Origin: the human T2T-CHM13v2.0 reference genome, Homo sapiens
Strand: one strand, 5' to 3'
Length of the DNA stretch: 64,000 nucleotides
Assembly (NCBI RefSeq): GCF_009914755.1
Contig: NC_060932.1
Shown: one piece after another, positions 56,478 through 64,000 of the stretch
Layout: each line of letters opens with the position of its first letter
Numbering within the stretch: position 1 is the first letter of the stretch
Program-made: the position numbers and the translations under genes
Notes under the pieces: model-generated
The model's input: the letters and a program-made list of their open reading frames with translations, nothing else
What the model was told of the DNA's origin: nothing
Database searches by the model: none

Positions 56478-56988
56478 TAGCTTTTCTAATACTATATATA
56501 TATACATATATATGTATATATATATAGTATTAGAAAATATATATATTGTATTAGCTTTTCTAATACAATATATAAAATAATATATACACACACACACGTA
56601 TATAGGTGTATATATACATATATAGTATATACATAGTATATGTGTGTATACATATATACTAGTATATATGTATACTATATATGCGTGTATAGTGTACACA
56701 TATACACATATATAGTATATATTTACACATGTGTACACATGTGTGTACATACAGTATACACATATACACATATGTAGTATATATACACATATTTAGTGTA
56801 TATATACACATATATGTATACACACATATACTATTTAATATATATTTAATATTTAATATAGTTAATGTATATTCATATACATAAGCTATAATAAGATTAT
56901 ATACACTAAGATATATATGTATCCACTATTAAGATAGATATAGAGATATAGATATATCTCTCTCTATATATATTTATATAGATATATC

Positions 56989-57020
<32 letters not shown>
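56478..57020. repeat. ~540-bp TA/TATG/CA-rich low-complexity tract with perfect palindromes
   Basis: Read directly from the sequence; see findings. Confidence 0.95.
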
Positions 57021-57869
57021 CTAGTAGTCCTAGAACATGCCTGTTATTGGAATGTAGCACAATGAATTCATAAGTAGATAGTACCTTTTAAAAGGCAAGG
57101 GTTGCCTTTCATCAATAATCAAATTCATCAAAATATCCAAATTCCCAGGTGTAGCATTAGTCATTCACCAGCATCCAATACCTGCTGATTGATGGAAATA
57201 ATTGTGAATTCTTAAAGAACAAAATTATTTTAGTAACACTTGTTGGAGTTTGTATCATGAATATTAGAGGCAAAACAAAAATAAGCTTGTCAATGTTGTA
57301 GCTCAACGTAATTGAACAACCAGAGGATTTTAAATGTTGCAGCAATCCAGTTTTCTTTCTTCTAGGTCATTTGTTAGGGCAAGAAAAGCTATTATTGAGG
57401 AGATACACATGACCTCTATCAGCATATGGCTGATAGAGGTTTCCAGATAGAGTTAGTTAGGAAGTTTTATAGATGAGAAAGGAAGAAAATTTTGTTTGTG
57501 TGCTTCTAGCCCTTCCTGTATCTACCCATCCTAAAATAAAATAAATTTTGGCTGCTAAGAGATAATTAAGTTTGTAGCTAGAAACGATACATGGTATCAA
57601 TACTAAATCTTTCTACCGTATTTCTTGTTTGGAATGTCATAACCCCCCTTTGCCTACAGGATGTGTGTAAATCCTGTCATAAAACTAATCACTCAGGGAC
57701 CTCTCTCCTTGCAGCTGAACATGGTAACGTTAGTGTTTTGGCTAAAATTGCAAGTGACTGAGGCAAAGAGAAAGGTATTCTCTTGAGCCTTATGTTCTTA
57801 TCACTTTGTTTCAACTATTGGCCATAGTGAGAGAATCCTGTGATTGGTGAGGTTCACTTATCCTCATGT

Positions 57870-58130
57870 TTTTTCTTTTCTTCTCCTCCTCCTGCTGTTG
57901 CTTTTCTTTGTCCCTCTCTCCCTCTCTCTGTGTGCCTCTGTCTTGGTGTCTCTCTCTCTCTCTCTGATTACTTCTCTCCCTCTCTCTCTGTTCCTCTCTC
58001 GATGTTTCTCTCTCTCTCCATCCCCCTGTTCTTCTTCTCTTTCTCTTCTCCTTGTCTTTTTCCCTTTTGCTCTCTCTCTCTCTGTCTCTGTCTCCATTTC
58101 TCTCACACACACATATACATACACAGACAC
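57870..58130. repeat. CT-rich polypyrimidine low-complexity tract
   Basis: Degenerate (CT)n/(CTT)n followed by (CA)n. Confidence 0.93.
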
Positions 58131-58189
58131 AGAAATAGGATAGAAGCTGGTGGTATTCAAAAGAATACTAATTAGGAAGAGTCTTGTGG

Positions 58190-58919
58190 TGTAACCACCC
58201 AATGGGTTCACCTTGGCCACTGCCTAGACAGAACCGATTTATCAAGACAGGAGAATTGCAATGGAGAAAGAGTAATTCACACAGAGCCAGCTGTGCAGGG
58301 GACTCGAATTTTATTATTACTCAAATCAGTCTCCCCAAGCATTGGGGGATCAGAATTTTTAAAGATAATTTGGCGGGTAAGGGCTTGGGAACTAGGGAGT
58401 TACGATGGGGCAGGTTGGAGATGGAATTATAGGGGGTTGAAGTGAGTTTTTCTTGGTGTGTTCTATTCCTGAGTGGGATGGCAGAACTGGTTGAGCCAGA
58501 CTACTGGTCTGAATAGTGTCAGCTGATTCCTGGAGTGCAGGGACTGCAAAATATCTCAAGCACTGATGTTAGGTTTTACAGTAGTGATGTTTTCCCCAGG
58601 ACCAATTTGGGGATGTTCAGATTCTTGGAGCCAGAGGCTGCGGGACCCCTAAACTGTAGTTTCTAAGCTTGTAGCTAATTTGTGAGTCCTGCAAAGGCAG
58701 ACTGGTTCCCAGGTGAGAAGGGGGACTTTTCGGGAAAGAGGTATCATGAATTTTGTTTCAGAGTCAAACTATGAACTGTATTCCTTCTCAAAGTTGTATC
58801 AGCCTATGCCCAGGAATGAACAAGGCAGCTTAAAGGTTAGAAGCAAGATGGTGTCGGTTAGGTCTGATTTCTTTCACTGTCATAATTTCTTCAGTTAAAA
58901 TTTTGCAAAGGCAGTTTCA
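58190..58919 (-). mobile_element. LTR8A-like ERV1 solo LTR
   Basis: TGTAACCACCCAATGGGTTCACCTTG...TTTTGCAAAGGCAGTTTCA; 730 bp; 4-bp TSD GTGG / GTAG. Confidence 0.9.
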
Positions 58920-59351
58920 GTAGGAAGCTAGAATTCTTACTCAATGGACTCAGAAGAGAAGACATTTCTGGCACGTGGCATGGACGGAGGGAGAAGATAC
59001 ATGACTTTCAGATGTGTTTTCTCCACTTTTGTCTTTTTTTACGCTCATTAAGCTAGACTGGATACTGAAAGAGGAATGCAGATCATAAATAAATTGTTAA
59101 GTATTTGAAAATATTTAGGAAGGTAAGACTTGGACATGATTAATCCTGCACAGTTCAGGAGGAGAAAAAGATTTGGAGATGGGGAAGAAGTATAATTGTG
59201 ACTTTTTAAACAAGCAATTTCATGTTTAAGTACCTGGAGTCTGACAGTAGAAGATGAAACAGTGACACATGAGGGAAGGTGTTCTCAGTTGTTACAAAAA
59301 GGGAAGGTAGAGTTTCGTTGCAGAGGGAAAAAACTTAGAGTTCAAAAAAGC

Positions 59352-59382
<31 letters not shown>

Positions 59383-60083
59383 TTGAAGGGCTACCAGTTC
59401 CCAGGAAGCTGGGATCAATGTTGCAGAAGGAGAGTGGCTGACTCCTACAGTGCTTCCTAAGCCAACATCGCTTTCAGTCCACAACAGTCTAAATTTTATT
59501 TTCATATTTTATAATTGGGGTTCTCAAAAGAATTGAGGTGGAAAACAGCTTTTCAATGATAGTAGCTGCGCAGATGCTTATTTAAAAAGAGAAAAAATAA
59601 ACAAACAATGATCCTTTACATCTAAAGCACTTATTGAGAAGCATTAATTTTTTTTTTTCCAAACAGTTTTTTTAGAGGAGAAAACTGCAAATCTTGTATG
59701 GATTACAGTGCATTCTTTAGCAAAATGAAACAAAATGTAGCCATGTTTGGGAAAGAACCTGTATATTTTCTTTCTTTCTTAATTCCGTGAGCTTTGCCAG
59801 CCTAGCCTTCCCCTGTGAGAATCGAGTGAAGAAGACAGGATGTGTGTTCCTCGTGTGGAGCCGTGTCATCATTAGGCTTCCATATGTGTTGAACCAAATG
59901 TGCAGCGCATTTTCACTCCCCTCCAAAATTCCCCGCAATGGTTTCTGCTCTGCCACTCTATGACAGATGGTCTTAGAAGGTGAGAAGGCTTGTTTGTCCA
60001 TTTGTCCCTCTGTCCTCCTGTTCTCTCCCTACTACATTTATCCTCGTTGCCACCAAGTGTTGCTTAAGAAATAATAGGGTAGG

Positions 60084-60698
<615 letters not shown>

Positions 60699-60706
60699 TT
60701 CTAAAA

Positions 60707-61035
60707 ATGTCCTTTGCCGGGACATGGATGAAGCTGAAAACCATCATTCTCAGCGAACGAACAAAAGAACAGAAAACCAAACACAGCATGTTCTCACTCA
60801 TAAGTGGGAGTTGGACAATGAGAACACATGGACACAGGGAGGGAAACATCATACACTGGGGACTGTTGGGGGTGGGGGCTATGGGAGGGAGAGTATTAGG
60901 AGAAATACCTGATGTAGATGACGGATTGATAGGTGCAGCAAACCACCATGGCACGTGCATACCTGTTAACAAACCTGCATGTTCTGCACATGTATCCCGG
61001 AAATTAAAGTGTAATAATAATAAAAAAGAAAATAA
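60707..61035 (+). mobile_element. 5'-truncated L1PA (PA7-like) 3' end in the AluJ tail
   Basis: ATGTCCTTTGCCGGGACATGGATGAAGCTG..ATAAGTGGGAG..AACCACCATGGCACGTG..AATAATAATAAAAAA. Confidence 0.93.
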
Positions 61036-61214
61036 AGGAAGTATCGTATATCTAAGTAAATACAGACTAGAAAAGGAAGACATTGCATAACAGTTACTAT
61101 TTTACATTGGATAACACCCTGAAAGGTATTTCTGGTCACAAAAACAAGATGAACTAAGTTATACAGCCAGTAAAGTGACATCCCAGGATTTCCAACTCAT
61201 ATCTCACTCCCATG

Positions 61215-61500
61215 CCTCCCTCTCTTTCTTCCTCCCTCCCTCCTTGGCTTCCTCCCTCCCTCCTTTGCTTTCTCCCTCCCTCCTTGGCTTCCTCCCTCCC
61301 TCCTTGGCTTCCTCCATCCCTCCTTGGCTTCCTCCCTCCCTCCTTGGCTTCCTCCCTCCCTCCTTGGCTTCCTCCCTCCCTCCTTGGCTTTCTCCCTCCC
61401 TCCTTGGCTTCCTCCCTCCCTCCTTGGCTTTCTCCCTCCCTCCTTTGCTTCCTCCCTCCCTCATTTGCTTCCTCCCTCTCTCCTTTGCTTCTTCCCTTCT
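61215..61500. repeat. Minisatellite, 13 copies of the 20-mer CCTCCCTCCCTCCTTGGCTT
   Basis: Units in register from 61231 to 61490 with few variants. Confidence 0.97.
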
Positions 61501-63160
61501 TTTGGTGTTTAGTAAGACAACAAGTTTTAATTTGAAAATACATTTTTTAAAAAATAGCTGCTGAGGGAAGGATAAATATTTATATCTCTGCTTAGGAAAG
61601 AATGAATATTTCTTGTGAGGAATTTTAGCACAAAAGATTTATAGTTACCCTTCAGTGATGCAAGAGGGCAAACAGAATTCTAGGTGGTCTAAGGCCCCTA
61701 GATATGCCCTAGTTGCTTTTCACTAGAGGCAGAGCCAATACACCTGCGTTACTCACTGCCAAAGTTAACTGTAACCTGAATGCACACACTCCAAATGGTT
61801 TTCTTACTTATTTTTTCAAGGCCATATCTGGCATAGGTTTCAATGGCATGACCATGTAAAACTACTATTAAAAAAACCTTAAAGTTCTCATGTTATTCTA
61901 ATAAAGCCTAAACTAAAAAAAAACAGACTTCAGTTGCAGGCATGTATGCTGGATTTCCATAACTTTTGATGATTTCTAGTTCTAAAATTCTATAATTTAA
62001 AATCTCAGTTGCAGACACACAACTGAGATTTTTAAATTATAGACACCGTACTAGTCTTTAAAAAATGGTGAAAAAAAAAAGAAAATGGAAAAATGCTACT
62101 CTGGAATGGAACAGAGAAAAATGCCACAATTTTCAAGTGCATAGGCTTATACTGAACAGTGCCAATAGTCAACATGACAGAGGTCAAATTTGGTTGCAAT
62201 TTCAACTAATGCCTTTGGAAACATTTAAGCACACATTGACGAAATTTGGTTAAAGGGTCCGAGAGCAAGTATTTGAGGTTTATTGAACAGTACTAGATGA
62301 AAAAGTATGTGTATGTCTGAAACATCGAGATGAATGTAGCATTTGTCTTACTTGGGTGTTCGAGCTAACATGTTTTGCTTACCTGGCAACTTCAGTAAGG
62401 AAGCTAAGCGTAGGGCTATGCGGAGCCCAAAATTTGGAACCACTTCATTCCCGTAGATGTAAATTGATTAGTAGGAGCAAGAGAGGATCAATGATACTAA
62501 ATAAACTAAACCCTAGGGGGGACTAGTTCAGAAGTATGATGACTTGAGTACCGAGGAATAAAATGAAATACAAGTAACATATCACGCTGAAATCTCAGGT
62601 TATGTTTGCTTTTCTTATGTAATAAAATAGAGTCTCTTAATAATAATTAGCTTTCAAATAGCATTCATGCACTGATAAGACTAATAAATAAAACTAGAAA
62701 AATATCTCCTCTAGACTTTCACCAGGAGCACTGATAAATTGTTACATCGTTTATCAGACAATCATGTGTCTCATTTGTAGATATCTTATTTCTCTGAGAC
62801 TGCCTGAAATGGGCAGAGTAAAGCAGTTTGTTGATAATTATCAAATAGTATCTTTCTCTCTAGAAAGTTGAAATAATTGAAAGAGAATTAATATCAGCAT
62901 ATTATCTTTACCCTTAATATTTCTTCTTCAGGGGATGAGGTATTCTTACTGTTTATTAAAATCTCCCAATGCTTTTCTTTCAGGAGGACTTCATTTCATT
63001 GAAAGAACCAGGCAGGTAGGTCAGTGTTCCGACTGACGTTTACAAATGATAGTTTTCATTTATAAGATAAACATCCCCATCAATTTTGAGGTCTCGATCT
63101 AATTATTTCATCATAGTTTTTGAAATATGGAACTTATTTACATTTAAACTTCTCCTCCTC

Positions 63161-63398
63161 TGATCATGGTTGACTGCAGCCTCAACCTCCCTGGGCTCAA
63201 GTGATCCTCCCACCTCAGCCTCCCAAGTAGCTGGGACCACAGGCAGGTGCCACCACACTCGACTAATTTTTGTAGTTTTTGTAGAGATGGGGTTTCACCA
63301 CATTGCCAGGCTGGTCTTCAACTCCTGGGCTCAAGGGATCATCCTACCTCGGCCTCCCAAAGTTCTGGGATTACAGGTATGAGCCGCTGTGCCCGGAC
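63161..63398 (-). mobile_element. AluJ lacking its 3' end and tail
   Basis: GCAGCCTCAACCTCCCTGGGCTCAAGTGATCC..GAGCCGCTGTGCCCGGAC. Confidence 0.92.
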
Positions 63399-63432
63399 TG
63401 AAGATATTTAACAATGTTATGTTGACTCAGAA

Positions 63433-63753
63433 TTGTTTAAAGTCAGAGTTAATGAGATAATTTACATATATAAGTATAAAGTATATTGTATAACATACAT
63501 AACATAGATTATAACATGTAACATACATTCATACAATAACCCTTTTTAATGTACAGTGCTGTGAGTTATAGCAAATACACAGTCATGTAGCCACGAAAAC
63601 AGTGAAGATACAGGATGTTCCCATCATCACAAAATGTGCCCCGGGGACACTTTGTAGTAAACCAATCCCTTGATCTGAAGCCCCTGGCTAATGCTGATTT
63701 ATTTTCTCTAACTATGGTTTTGCCTTTCCCCAAATATCACATAAATGGAATCA
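63433..63753 (-). mobile_element. Old L1M (MB/MD/ME1-like) 3' end
   Basis: GAGATAATTTACATA..AATGTACAG..CCCATCATCACAAAA..GTTTTGCCTTTCC..ATAAATGGAATCA. Confidence 0.8.
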
Positions 63754-64000
63754 GAATTTTCCTTCACTACCCTTAGTTTTGGCTTTTCTGTGTATGTACA
63801 TGTCAGACTGGCTCTCCCTCTATGTCTTTCTTGCCCCTTCTCATGGGTACCCTATCTTGCTGCTTACTTGATGCTTGCTGGCCTGTTAGAAAGCAAGGAG
63901 TTTTCTACTGTCCTGTCTTAGGAAGACCCCCAATCCTTGGCATCTCATTATCAGGGTTTTCTTAGTTAATCTGCCCTCAATGAATCTCAGGAAATCTGTT

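Noticed and set aside
56448-56771. 107-aa Y/I/V-rich ORF
   Set aside because: Translation of a TA/TG microsatellite.
57811-58220. Charged ER/RE-rich and SL-rich ORFs
   Set aside because: Translations of a (CT)n low-complexity tract.
61154-61564. Overlapping repetitive ORFs and a possible CRISPR-like array
   Set aside because: A head-to-tail 20-bp minisatellite with no unique spacers; the ORFs exist only because the unit has no stop codons.
62970-63021. 32-nt micro-exon (TTTTCTTTCAG|...CAG|GTAGGT)
   Set aside because: Too short and isolated to distinguish from background pseudo-exons.

Overview
AT-rich, CpG-depleted primate genomic DNA (AluY, THE1 and HML-type ERVK LTRs point to a catarrhine, probably human or ape). 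The window looks intergenic or deep-intronic. I can support no protein-coding gene, tRNA/rRNA gene, CpG island or CRISPR array. The ORFs I can assign trace to transposon remnants or low-complexity repeats; the rest are short and show no recognisable motif. Well over half the window is recognisable interspersed repeat: a full THE1 provirus, a nested stack (hAT/Charlie transposase fossil > ERVL/LTR16 provirus > THE1D, ERV1 LTR, Alu), a 7-kb full-length old L1MA with its target-site duplication (TSD), solo LTRs (MER11D, MER9, MLT2A, THE1, LTR8), a twin-primed L1 inside an MLT1A, Tigger1, MER47, MER33, MER3, MER53, L2, MIR and 12 Alus. I did not find a convincing new biological system. The most notable oddities are a perfect 56-bp AT-rich palindrome and other fold-back hairpins at 56-62 kb, an Alu flanked by inverted rather than direct repeats, triplicated Tigger1 termini, and candidate splice-competent exons downstream of plus-strand LTRs. 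Subfamily names come from my recall of consensus sequences and need RepeatMasker/Dfam confirmation.
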